IMG/VR virus record: IMGVR_UViG_3300025438_000011
Strand: one strand, 5' to 3'
Length of the DNA stretch: 64,000 nucleotides
Source: an uncultured virus (IMG/VR IMGVR_UViG_3300025438_000011)
Lineage: Duplodnaviria; Heunggongvirae; Uroviricota; Caudoviricetes
Part shown: positions 1 through 7,549 of the stretch, in pieces
How the letters are laid out: each line of letters starts with the position of its first letter
How positions within the stretch are numbered: the first letter of the stretch is position 1
Made by a program: the position numbers and the translations under genes
Notes under the pieces: generated by a model
Told to the model about the DNA's origin: nothing
Databases searched by the model: none
The model's input: only the letters and a program-made list of their open reading frames with translations

Positions 1-1487
1 ATTTGTACATTCTCACCAATTTTGAGGTTTAGAATGTGTGGTTCGAATATAGCTGGTTTTATAGTTAATGAGTCTTCGATGAATTCACCATTCTCAAAAG
101 GTGTTCCGTATTCATATACTGGTCTGATAATTTTGTGTTCGGCTGATACCCAGTGAATTGTACCCTTCACTTTTCTATCACATTCACCAGATTTAGTATC
201 TGGATCATATGTACAGATGATTTCAATAACCTCACCATTTTCATCTTTGATAACAGATTCGGCCTTTATGATATAAGCACCCTTCAATCGAATTTCGTGT
301 CCTAATTTCAATCTGTGATACTTTCTATTAGCCTCTTCTCTGAAGTCTTCTTTTTCGATGTATAGTGTTCCGGTGAATGGTACTTCCCTCGTATTCTCAT
401 CCTCACCCGGCTTATTCTCAATACTCACATATTCAGTGTCACCTGGCCAATTACTTATAGTCACTTTGACTGGATCAAATACACCCATAACCCGGTTGGC
501 TGTCTCATTTAACTCAATTCTAAGACACTCTTCCAATAATTCGATATCTATCTCAGATTCTCTTTTAGAAACACCTACACGCTCACAGAAATCTCTTATG
601 GATCCTGGTGTGAATCCTTTCTTCCTCAAACCTTTCAACGTCAATAGTCTTGGATCATCCCATCCATCAACTTTACCACTATCGACAAGAGCATTGATTT
701 TTCTCTTACTCATAATGTTGTCTTTGATGTTCAGTCTTGAAAATTCTGTTTCTTCTGGTAGATTACCTGTTAGGTCTGAATTATTCAATATCCAGTTATA
801 AAGAGGTCTATGAACCTCAAATTCCAGAGTGCATAATGAGTCAGTGATACCTTCGAAGTAATCACATAATGGGTGAGCCATGTCATACATTGGGTAGATA
901 CACCATTCTTCACCAGTTTTGTGGTGTGGTGTCTTAACTACTCTATACAGTACAGGGTCTCTCATAATCATATTAGGACTAGCCATGTCAATCTTGGCTC
1001 TCAATACAACGGTGTTCTCATCATATCCACCTTCCTTCATCTTCTTGAACATATAAACATTCTCTTCGATTGACCGGCTTCTAGATTTAGAATTTGTGCC
1101 CGGAAGTGTTGTAGTTCCTTTCAACTTAGCCATTTCTTCTGATGTGCCATCCTCAACATAAGCAAGTCCTTTCTTGATTAGTATAAGAGCACATTTATGT
1201 ATATCACTGAAGTAATCTGATGTATATGTTACTTTACTTGGTGTGAAACCCAACCACTCAACATCTTCGATTATCGATTTGATATATTCGTTCTTTTCGG
1301 TTAGTGGGTTTGTATCATCAAACCTAAGGTTACAATCACCATCATATTTCTCAGCTAAGCCAAAATTAAGACACATTGATTTGGCATGTCCAAGATGTAA
1401 TCCTGGTGAATTATTTTCGGGCGGAAAACGAAGTACTATTTTCTCATTACTCAACTTCTTTATTATTTTCTCTTCTATAAAATTCAT
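1..1487 (-). CDS. glnS: Glutaminyl-tRNA synthetase (3' end runs off window)
   Basis: Hand translation from ATG 1487: LRFPPENNSPGLHLGHAK (HIGH motif), NLRFDDTNP, MYDMAHPLCD..EGITDSLCTLEF, MSKRK, RKVKGTIHWVSA. Absent from the ORF track because there is no stop in the window. Confidence 0.95.
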   Translation of the reverse strand, partial: MNFIEEKIIKKLSNEKIVLRFPPENNSPGLHLGHAKSMCLNFGLAEKYDGDCNLRFDDTNPLTEKNEYIKSIIEDVEWLGFTPSKVTYTSDYFSDIHKCALILIKKGLAYVEDGTSEEMAKLKGTTTLPGTNSKSRSRSIEENVYMFKKMKEGGYDENTVVLRAKIDMASPNMIMRDPVLYRVVKTPHHKTGEEWCIYPMYDMAHPLCDYFEGITDSLCTLEFEVHRPLYNWILNNSDLTGNLPEETEFSRLNIKDNIMSKRKINALVDSGKVDGWDDPRLLTLKGLRKKGFTPGSIRDFCERVGVSKRESEIDIELLEECLRIELNETANRVMGVFDPVKVTISNWPGDTEYVSIENKPGEDENTREVPFTGTLYIEKEDFREEANRKYHRLKLGHEIRLKGAYIIKAESVIKDENGEVIEIICTYDPDTKSGECDRKVKGTIHWVSAEHKIIRPVYEYGTPFENGEFIEDSLTIKPAIFEPHILNLKIGENVQ

Positions 1488-1939
1488 TTTAATATATTTA
1501 TTGATTTTTTAACAGATGTATCATCTAGTCCAATCATCGGACTTGTTAATACCAAATGGTCTTTAACTTCACTCGGTAAATCGTTCAATGACTTATCATC
1601 GTCCAGTATTATAAAGGAATTTGTCGATTTGTTTTCATACCAACACATAACCTCTTCGAATCGAGTACCATCAGTTTTCAATTTATCGATATCTGTTACG
1701 ATACCTCTTAGTTTGAAAATCTCATCCCACTCACTCAGACTATACTTAACCTTATGTGTGGTTGTTAGAACAATACAAGCATTAGTTTCACTGATTATCA
1801 GATTCAAGTTCTTAGTAGCCTTTTCGTCAAACGCACAAAAACCATCCTCTAGTAATTCAACTGGTTCCCAAGATTTGTTCTTTATCATAACACCATCAAG
1901 GTCTAATAATATTGTACTTCTATTTTTCATTTTAACCAT
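1484..1939 (-). CDS. HAD-superfamily phosphatase (Swiss-army-knife RNA-repair type)
   Basis: LLDLDGV motif I, IVLTTT motif II, IILDDD motif IV. Confidence 0.75.
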   Translation of the reverse strand: MVKMKNRSTILLDLDGVMIKNKSWEPVELLEDGFCAFDEKATKNLNLIISETNACIVLTTTHKVKYSLSEWDEIFKLRGIVTDIDKLKTDGTRFEEVMCWYENKSTNSFIILDDDKSLNDLPSEVKDHLVLTSPMIGLDDTSVKKSINILK

Positions 1940-2038
1940 TTTTAGTTCGTATATAATGATATGATTCGTACACCGATTAACTACTCATCTATTGATTACG
2001 AATCAGTGATGATACCATTACAATACATTATATTATTG

Positions 2039-2113
2039 TTCCTCTACTAGGGTTCCAACCTAGAATCTTCCGGATCAAAACCGGACGTGTTAAGCAAATT
2101 ACACCATAGAGGA
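2039..2113 (-). tRNA. tRNA-Gln(UUG)
   Basis: Acceptor TCCTCTA/TAGAGGA; anticodon arm TCCGG-TTTTGAT-CCGGA; T arm CTAGG-TTGGAAC-CCTAG; CCA not encoded. Confidence 0.85.
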
Positions 2114-2121
2114 TTATTTTG

Positions 2122-2192
2122 TTGCTCCACTTGGACTCGGACCAAGTTCATCTACTTCAAAGGTAGATATGTTACCCATATACTATAGAGCA
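2122..2192 (-). tRNA. tRNA-Gln(UUG), second copy
   Basis: Acceptor TGCTCTA/TGGAGCA; anticodon arm TCTAC-CTTTGAA-GTAGA; T arm CTTGG-TCCGAGT-CCAAG. Confidence 0.8.
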
Positions 2193-2194
2193 TT

Positions 2195-2228
2195 AAAAAA
2201 CCCGGTTAATCGTTAGATTAACCGGGTT
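2195..2228 (-). terminator. Intrinsic terminator (attenuator) upstream of the tRNA-Gln genes
   Basis: AACCCGGTTAATC-TAAC-GATTAACCGGGTT followed by a T-run on the minus strand. Confidence 0.85.
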
Positions 2229-2255
2229 CATCAATATTATTTGTTAGACAATACT

Positions 2256-2315
2256 CTACCAGTCAATCTCTCGATCGATTTGTTGCTGTTGCTGGTATTG
2301 AGTTACTATTGTCAT
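2256..2315 (-). CDS. Gln-rich attenuation leader peptide MTIVTQYQQQQQIDREIDW
   Basis: 19 codons, 6 of 7 consecutive codons are Gln; lies between an AATATATA motif and the terminator; its 3' end is complementary to the terminator 5' arm. Confidence 0.85.
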   Translation of the reverse strand: MTIVTQYQQQQQIDREIDW

Positions 2316-2329
2316 AATTTCTTCTTCTG

Positions 2330-2337
2330 TATATATT
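2330..2337 (-). promoter_or_regulatory. AATATATA putative phage promoter motif
   Basis: Same motif recurs shortly upstream of many start codons in the window. Confidence 0.5.
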
Positions 2338-2362
2338 GTTTTTTATTCTCTTTGTTTCTTTT

Positions 2363-2629
2363 TCAGTAATAAACTTCTCTCATTTTCTCATATTCATTCA
2401 ATACTTCGTCATGTTGGTACTCAGTATTGAATACAATGTGTTCAAAAAATTTATCAGTAGTTTCTTTACAGAAATCACTTTCTTCGTACTCGTATGGTAA
2501 CTTACCAAATTTTGACATCGTTTCAACAATATCGGTTTTACCTGTTATGATATCATCAACTAATTCACCAACTCGGTTATCAGCTAATCGACATCCAGTT
2601 TCCCAACCTTCTTTTTTATAACTTATCAT
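2363..2629 (-). CDS. Hypothetical protein
   Basis: ORF directly after a TACATTTG (-7) promoter element. Confidence 0.65.
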   Translation of the reverse strand: MISYKKEGWETGCRLADNRVGELVDDIITGKTDIVETMSKFGKLPYEYEESDFCKETTDKFFEHIVFNTEYQHDEVLNEYEKMREVYY

Positions 2630-2870
2630 TGTACAAATGTAAGGATAAATTATGGACTAAAACAAAATAATTATATGAATTACTTCATATTAACCCGAAC
2701 ATTCTTAGTAGTGGGTGTTTTTTGTTTCTTTTCCTCGTTCATGGATACAGTAACTTTCTTAGATAATTTAACTTTGAAATCATTTTCCCAAGGTATAAAC
2801 ATACTACCATCAGCAATTACTTCGAGTCGTATTTTACCCATCTGACCTTCTTTGAGTATATTACTTTTAT

Positions 2871-3188
2871 TTAAGTGAAGTATTGCTCTAATCCTTTCCT
2901 GTTTAAATTATTTACTAGTTCAACGAGTATATCTCCGTGACAAGACTGTTTGGGATTACACCAACACCCTAATGTTTTTCCTTTGAGTTCGTGTAGGTCT
3001 TTTAGAAGATATTGTCCCTCACCATTCACCAACCATTCTTTGTGAGAATCAATTGATTCTTTTCGTGTACTTACTCGATACTGTGCTGTTGAATTCTTCT
3101 TGTATGAGAAGGGACTTCCCCATTTTGAGGATCTATCTATCATCAGGTCGAATGATTCTTTCCGATGATGTACTCTTTTACACTTCAT
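2871..3188 (-). CDS. DUF4326-family protein
   Basis: SKWGSPF and LKGKTLGCWC.P..CHGDIL motifs. Confidence 0.8.
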   Translation of the reverse strand: MKCKRVHHRKESFDLMIDRSSKWGSPFSYKKNSTAQYRVSTRKESIDSHKEWLVNGEGQYLLKDLHELKGKTLGCWCNPKQSCHGDILVELVNNLNRKGLEQYFT

Positions 3189-3558
3189 AGTAATACTTCT
3201 CTCCTATCACTAATTTATCAATTTCACTCGGATTAAACTCTGTAAAAGTTGAGTCGATAGAATATGCACCCATCCCACATAGGTGGTTGTGTATAAAATC
3301 TTGTGAACACATTTCACCATAGTAGTCCTCTTCATCTTCTGTGAACTTATCACTACCTACTGCCAGTGGCCAGTCAAATTCATTGAAGTTAGAATCGAAA
3401 TATCTGATGTTCAGTTGTAGGGTATCTCTCGATACTGTACTTTCAATATTTTGTATTTCAATGAATTTCATCACTGTTGGAAAATGATTAGCTAACATCT
3501 TGATTAGTAATCCCATTATTCTAAATTTCGTAAATTCTATATTTTTTTCATTTTTCAT
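3178..3558 (-). CDS. Hypothetical protein
   Basis: ORF overlapping its neighbour in a minus-strand run. Confidence 0.65.
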   Translation of the reverse strand: MKNEKNIEFTKFRIMGLLIKMLANHFPTVMKFIEIQNIESTVSRDTLQLNIRYFDSNFNEFDWPLAVGSDKFTEDEEDYYGEMCSQDFIHNHLCGMGAYSIDSTFTEFNPSEIDKLVIGEKYYYEV

Positions 3559-3589
3559 TTTAATATATCTGTTAATTTCGTATCTCGTC

Positions 3590-3707
3590 TTTCTGACTTA
3601 CTACAATAAATGATAGTATGAACTACACACAAGCTAAAGACTTGTGTGTTTTACGTTCCGTCATATAAATTATTCTAATACTATCATTTAATGTAGTAAG
3701 TCAGAAA
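3590..3707. repeat. 28-bp inverted repeat enclosing a mini-element
   Basis: 3590-3617 versus 3680-3707, 1 mismatch. Confidence 0.85.
3618..3664 (-). mobile_element. 47-bp IS200/IS605-derived mini-element (PATE-like), copy 1
   Basis: ATGACGGAACGTAAAACACACAAGTCTTTAGCTTGTGTGTAGTTCAT immediately after TTTAT. Confidence 0.85.
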
Positions 3708-3758
3708 TTAGTACTACTTTCATTATAAAATTATTTCAACTAATGTACGTATAATATT

Positions 3759-4178
3759 TCAATTATCAATATGTAATACTAATAACTCAGATAGTTTCAT
3801 ATTCCGTTGGTGTTGATCTATTTTACACTGACAGAACTCACCAACTATTCCTATAATTATACTTTCTGACAAATCAATTTTGATTTTGTTCATAACATCA
3901 GTATTGTATGAGAGAAAAAATCTATTATATTTTGTGTTGAAAGTATACCAACTGTATAGGTATCCTTTTTGTATAAGGTCATGTGTATCGATTTGACATT
4001 CCATAACCCTTGATAAGTTTATTTTGGATGAATTTACCTTCAAACTGTCCCGGTACTCATCTATACTCACCCAATTTGATGATTTATACTTAATATATTC
4101 AATAGCGGGTTTAATCCCAGGAGTGAGTTTGGTTTTAGGAATATGTGTGTTGTAAAGAAAATCCATTTCTACTATCAT
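3759..4178 (-). CDS. Hypothetical protein with C-terminal RNMKLSELL tag
   Basis: ORF; shared C-terminal motif. Confidence 0.65.
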   Translation of the reverse strand: MIVEMDFLYNTHIPKTKLTPGIKPAIEYIKYKSSNWVSIDEYRDSLKVNSSKINLSRVMECQIDTHDLIQKGYLYSWYTFNTKYNRFFLSYNTDVMNKIKIDLSESIIIGIVGEFCQCKIDQHQRNMKLSELLVLHIDN

Positions 4179-4567
4179 CCTAGTAGAGAATTTAATTTGT
4201 AGTCCCTCTGTAATGGTTTCAAAACAGAATTGATAATTAACTCTCGTTCTGTTGTCATTTCTGCCAAAGTTACTGTGTGCTCACTCAATACCTTGATATA
4301 CTCTGGGTGTATGGTCAAGAACTCACTAACCGATACAGCAGGATATGGTTCATGGTTAATATCACAGAATATTTTAGAATATCCAACCATCAATGCTGTT
4401 AATTCAGCATCCTCGAAATTAAGAGCGATGTTCGGGTAAGTTATGTCTCGTGTACTACCCAAAAAAAGGAAGTGATTGAACTCATTTCGATATACATATC
4501 CCGGTTTTAGGTGATCATCTACCGCCAAGTGTTCATCTATTTGTTCTTGTGTTAAAGTACTTGCCAT
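4175..4567 (-). CDS. Hypothetical protein with C-terminal RDYKLNSLL tag
   Basis: ORF; shared C-terminal motif. Confidence 0.7.
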   Translation of the reverse strand: MASTLTQEQIDEHLAVDDHLKPGYVYRNEFNHFLFLGSTRDITYPNIALNFEDAELTALMVGYSKIFCDINHEPYPAVSVSEFLTIHPEYIKVLSEHTVTLAEMTTERELIINSVLKPLQRDYKLNSLLG

Positions 4568-4640
4568 GTGTTTGTTTATTTTGTGGATAACTATTGTGAT
4601 AAAAATTATCTTTATAAGATGATAATGTTTTTAAGATTAA

Positions 4641-4955
4641 TTAGAAGAAATCAACAATATACTGGATACATGATACTTCGAAGTTGTTATAGTTTCTAAT
4701 AAGATCCAATCTTTTAGAAGAATCTTGGATATCACATACAACATCTTCTGTTGTGATGAATAGTTTCCATCCATTATCTGTAAAGATTTCAACTGTTCGT
4801 GTGTGTCCTGATGAGTTACTATCAGTATGATAGATTAGTTTGAATTTTCTATCTTTAATAGAGAAGGTGTGACGTGCTGTGATTGTTGTAGTATAACCAT
4901 TGCTTTTTTCGTTAGTAGTTACTTTCTTCGAGATTGTTGTTAGTGTCTTAGCCAT
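4641..4955 (-). CDS. Hypothetical protein
   Basis: ORF downstream of a host-type promoter. Confidence 0.7.
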   Translation of the reverse strand: MAKTLTTISKKVTTNEKSNGYTTTITARHTFSIKDRKFKLIYHTDSNSSGHTRTVEIFTDNGWKLFITTEDVVCDIQDSSKRLDLIRNYNNFEVSCIQYIVDFF

Positions 4956-4973
4956 GTGTTTATTTGTTTTATG

Positions 4974-5005
4974 TAAATGTACGGATAACTTACCGACGGG
5001 CCAAA
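4974..5005 (-). promoter_or_regulatory. Bacteroidota-type sigma70 promoter (-33 TTTG, 20 nt, -7 TACATTTA)
   Basis: TTTGGCCCGTCGG..CGTACATTTA; near-duplicate at 5620-5651. Confidence 0.7.
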
Positions 5006-5016
5006 TTTAGGTATTA

Positions 5017-5268
5017 TTAACCACCTATTAGTTTATCAAGTGTGTGATTACGCCTATCCTTCTTAGTTTCGAAGTATTCTATAATCGTTTTTCTTAACAA
5101 CCTATTCTTAGACCGGGACAGAATATCCATCCTTTTCAGTGTTATTTTATCATAATCCGGTGGAACGCTACTAACAACATGGTCAATTCTGTATACCTCA
5201 CCAACCGAATATACCTTAGTGTTACGGACAAAGGTTTTGATTACTGTTACTTCTTCTCCAATATTCAT
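5017..5268 (-). CDS. Small hypothetical protein with C-terminal RNHTLDKLI tag
   Basis: ORF; resembles 7815, 8101 and 35725. Confidence 0.7.
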   Translation of the reverse strand: MNIGEEVTVIKTFVRNTKVYSVGEVYRIDHVVSSVPPDYDKITLKRMDILSRSKNRLLRKTIIEYFETKKDRRNHTLDKLIGG

Positions 5269-5615
5269 GTTTGTTTTTGGTGTCTTTTTGATAAGTAATC
5301 ATTTATATCTTCCATAGTGTGTAGTGGTGGTGGTGATGGTATTGCATATCTACCCAGTGGGTTGATACTCTTATATTTCATAACCAGTACTGTACTTCCT
5401 TTACGAATAAAGTGTTTTACGACTTCGTAGTGTTTATCCGTTTTGGTATCTACTATACCCTCTTCTACTACATAATCTGGTAACCAACTGTCATTGAATG
5501 TGACTTCGAGATTGCCGTTCAGAGGATTTAATGGGAAGAGTTCTTTATCTTCGTATAAATCATCTGACGAATCTCTGTAATATCCTACTTTAATTGGGTA
5601 ACTGATTCTACTCAT
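5265..5615 (-). CDS. Hypothetical protein
   Basis: ORF a few nt after a -7 element. Confidence 0.7.
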   Translation of the reverse strand: MSRISYPIKVGYYRDSSDDLYEDKELFPLNPLNGNLEVTFNDSWLPDYVVEEGIVDTKTDKHYEVVKHFIRKGSTVLVMKYKSINPLGRYAIPSPPPLHTMEDINDYLSKRHQKQT

Positions 5616-5619
5616 AGTA

Positions 5620-5651
5620 TAAATGTACGAAGAAAGTTCCGACGGGCCAAA
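5620..5651 (-). promoter_or_regulatory. Bacteroidota-type sigma70 promoter
   Basis: TTTGGCCCGTCGG..CGTACATTTA, 20-nt spacer. Confidence 0.7.
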
Positions 5652-5753
5652 TTTAAATAAATCGGTCTTTTGTTCTAGGTATTAATGAACATTCTTCGAC
5701 CGTTCTTAAATTCAACAGTTGTTTGACTGTTTAAAATTTAATTATATTTTACT

Positions 5754-6620
5754 CTAATCCCATTTATGTTTTGCTCCTTTTATCCATCCATCATTTAGGT
5801 AATTATGTAATTCTTCCTTTTTTATTGGTTTACTTTTCTTAATCTCCATATTATATACCCAACAAGTACCATATTGTGAATTTTTCTCACCTTTTTGGTG
5901 TATGGAATTTTTCTCACCTATCTTTCTTTTTGATTCTTTTGTGTGTTTTTTACCTTTCCATAGAGGAATAAGTTCTCCATTTAAAAACCTGAGATCATCT
6001 TTACAAACATAATGTATATTACCATCTATATCTTTGGTTGTGACCATACCATCCGATATATATCGTAATTCACCATTTAAATATCTAATATCATCAACTT
6101 TAACTGATGAAATATTACCATCTACATCTTTAACAGGTACCATTCCTTTGGTTGTTCCGACTAATTCACCACTTAAGTATCTATCATCGTCAATATTGAC
6201 CTTTAAATATTCACCAGCACTATTTTTGACGGTGGTCATACCTTTTGTGATTCCGACCAATTTACCAGATAAATATCTTTTATCACTTTTATGTACTCTC
6301 ATACAATCACCAGACTCGTCCCTGACCATTATTGTATCGACTGTATTAAAAGTTCCACCTATTATTATATTATATGTATCGTCCCTTTTTATGAATTCTC
6401 TATTAACTAATTTAGATTCCTTCTCTAACATATCACTTTTATTATCAAAATTATATAGAATTATTTTATCAAAATTTTCTTTCCCAAATTCATCAATTGC
6501 CTTTTTAATATTAGTACCACTACCCATATAACTATCGTTTATATTTTTGGTTATGTGACACCCAATGTATATTTTATCATCAACTCTATTGGTTATTTGA
6601 TATACGATATAATTTTTCAT
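5754..6620 (-). CDS. Free-standing GIY-YIG homing endonuclease (Seg-like)
   Basis: YIVYQITN..KIYIG..YMGSG..E..YN; four internal D.RYLSGELVG repeats; NUMOD3-like WKGKKHTKESKRKIG. Confidence 0.85.
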   Translation of the reverse strand: MKNYIVYQITNRVDDKIYIGCHITKNINDSYMGSGTNIKKAIDEFGKENFDKIILYNFDNKSDMLEKESKLVNREFIKRDDTYNIIIGGTFNTVDTIMVRDESGDCMRVHKSDKRYLSGKLVGITKGMTTVKNSAGEYLKVNIDDDRYLSGELVGTTKGMVPVKDVDGNISSVKVDDIRYLNGELRYISDGMVTTKDIDGNIHYVCKDDLRFLNGELIPLWKGKKHTKESKRKIGEKNSIHQKGEKNSQYGTCWVYNMEIKKSKPIKKEELHNYLNDGWIKGAKHKWD

Positions 6621-6716
6621 AATTAATATACTATTTTTTAGTATATATAAAAGTCCGATATTACTTTTTATCGGAGTAAATGTAGAGTCTCTAATATTTG
6701 AACCATTGTACTGTTG

Positions 6717-6792
6717 TCGGGGTGGCCGGATTCGAACCCACCTGATATCTCACGCGACAAGTGAGTAGACACGCCAAGCATCTCCCAGGACC
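6717..6792 (-). pseudogene. Chimeric tRNA: 5' tRNA-Asp(GUC) joined to a tRNA-Pro-like 3' end
   Basis: Intact anticodon arm CTCAC-TTGTCGC-GTGAG; acceptor GGTCCTG does not pair with CACCCCG; T stem broken across GGTTCGAATCC. Confidence 0.7.
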
Positions 6793-6801
6793 ATATTTTT
6801 G

Positions 6802-6875
6802 TGCGGGGTGTGGGATTCGAACCCACGACCACTCCAGTCCAAGTGGAGTAAACATCCTGACCGTTATCACCCTAC
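6802..6875 (-). tRNA. tRNA-Pro(UGG)
   Basis: Anticodon arm CTCCA-CTTGGAC-TGGAG; T arm GTGGG-TTCGAAT-CCCAC; acceptor GTAGGGT/ACCCCGC with one A-C mismatch. Confidence 0.75.
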
Positions 6876-6881
6876 ATTTTT

Positions 6882-6935
6882 GTCTAGTGGATGGGATTCG
6901 AACCCATCAGTTAAGAATTGCCATTCATCACTAGA
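6882..6935 (-). ncRNA. 54-nt tRNA-like RNA lacking an anticodon arm
   Basis: Perfect acceptor TCTAGTG/CACTAGA, T arm GATGGG-TTCGAAT-CCCATC, only one small hairpin GAAT-GGCA-ATTC between them. Confidence 0.6.
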
Positions 6936-6945
6936 TTTTACGCAT

Positions 6946-6981
6946 AAAAAAACTCAGTTAATCTAATTGACTAACTGAGTT
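6946..6981 (-). terminator. Intrinsic terminator (attenuator) upstream of the Pro/Asp tRNA cluster
   Basis: AACTCAGTTAGTC-AATTA-GATTAACTGAGTT plus T-run. Confidence 0.85.
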
Positions 6982-7008
6982 GTTATATGGGTTTGTATTA
7001 TTTAATGA

Positions 7009-7122
7009 TTATCTATAATCATCTGTTTCAAACTTTTTAACGCAGTTAGTCCTAATAGGATCGGGATCCTGATCGGTAACTCTCGGAAGAGGTTGAACTG
7101 ATATGTTAAAAAGTGTTTTCAT
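7009..7122 (-). CDS. Pro/Asp-rich leader peptide MKTLFNISVQPLPRVTDQDPDPIRTNCVKKFETDDYR
   Basis: 37 codons after AATATATA (7130-7137); contains GACTAACTGCGTT, complementary to the terminator 5' arm. Confidence 0.75.
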   Translation of the reverse strand: MKTLFNISVQPLPRVTDQDPDPIRTNCVKKFETDDYR

Positions 7123-7168
7123 CTGTTTCTATATATTAGGTTTTGTTTGTCCCTTTTCTTTTACACTA

Positions 7169-7199
7169 CAAAGGTAGTAAAGTTTACTTAACCACCAAA
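7169..7199 (-). promoter_or_regulatory. Consensus Bacteroidota sigma70 promoter
   Basis: TTTG-N19-TACCTTTG upstream of the leader and tRNA cluster. Confidence 0.7.
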
Positions 7200-7249
7200 A
7201 TTATTTGATAATATTCTTCGGTCTTTGATTTCTTATCAATACTTTCATT

Positions 7250-7519
7250 TTAATATTTAATATATTCTAATAATTTCAACTGTAGTTTTTCATCGGGGCT
7301 ATCTGTATCACTTTCTTTTAGGCTCATATATAGCTCAGCAATATTTTCGTGATCCAGTAGTATATCAAGATTAACTGACATATCAACCATTATGTAATCG
7401 GTAAATTCTTCCATAAAAAGCTGGATATTTACTAACGTTCCGATTTTGAAATCGGCTTCGGTTAATTTAGTCAATTCTTCGTTGGTTTTATATTTACCAA
7501 AATTATTTAAGTGTTCCAT
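7250..7519 (-). CDS. Hypothetical protein (possible capsid-internal)
   Basis: AATATATA upstream; N-terminus MEHLNNFGKYKTNE. Confidence 0.65.
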   Translation of the reverse strand: MEHLNNFGKYKTNEELTKLTEADFKIGTLVNIQLFMEEFTDYIMVDMSVNLDILLDHENIAELYMSLKESDTDSPDEKLQLKLLEYIKY

Positions 7520-7549
7520 GAATTATATATTAAATACAAAAATCATTAA

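Noticed and set aside
358..1512. Plus-strand ORFs over glnS and similar antisense ORFs throughout the track
   Set aside because: Shadow frames opposite well-supported genes, without motifs
1962..2030. Possible third tRNA (ACTGA-TTCGTAA-TCAAT, Thr CGU-like) on the minus strand
   Set aside because: No convincing acceptor stem or T arm; at most a decayed remnant
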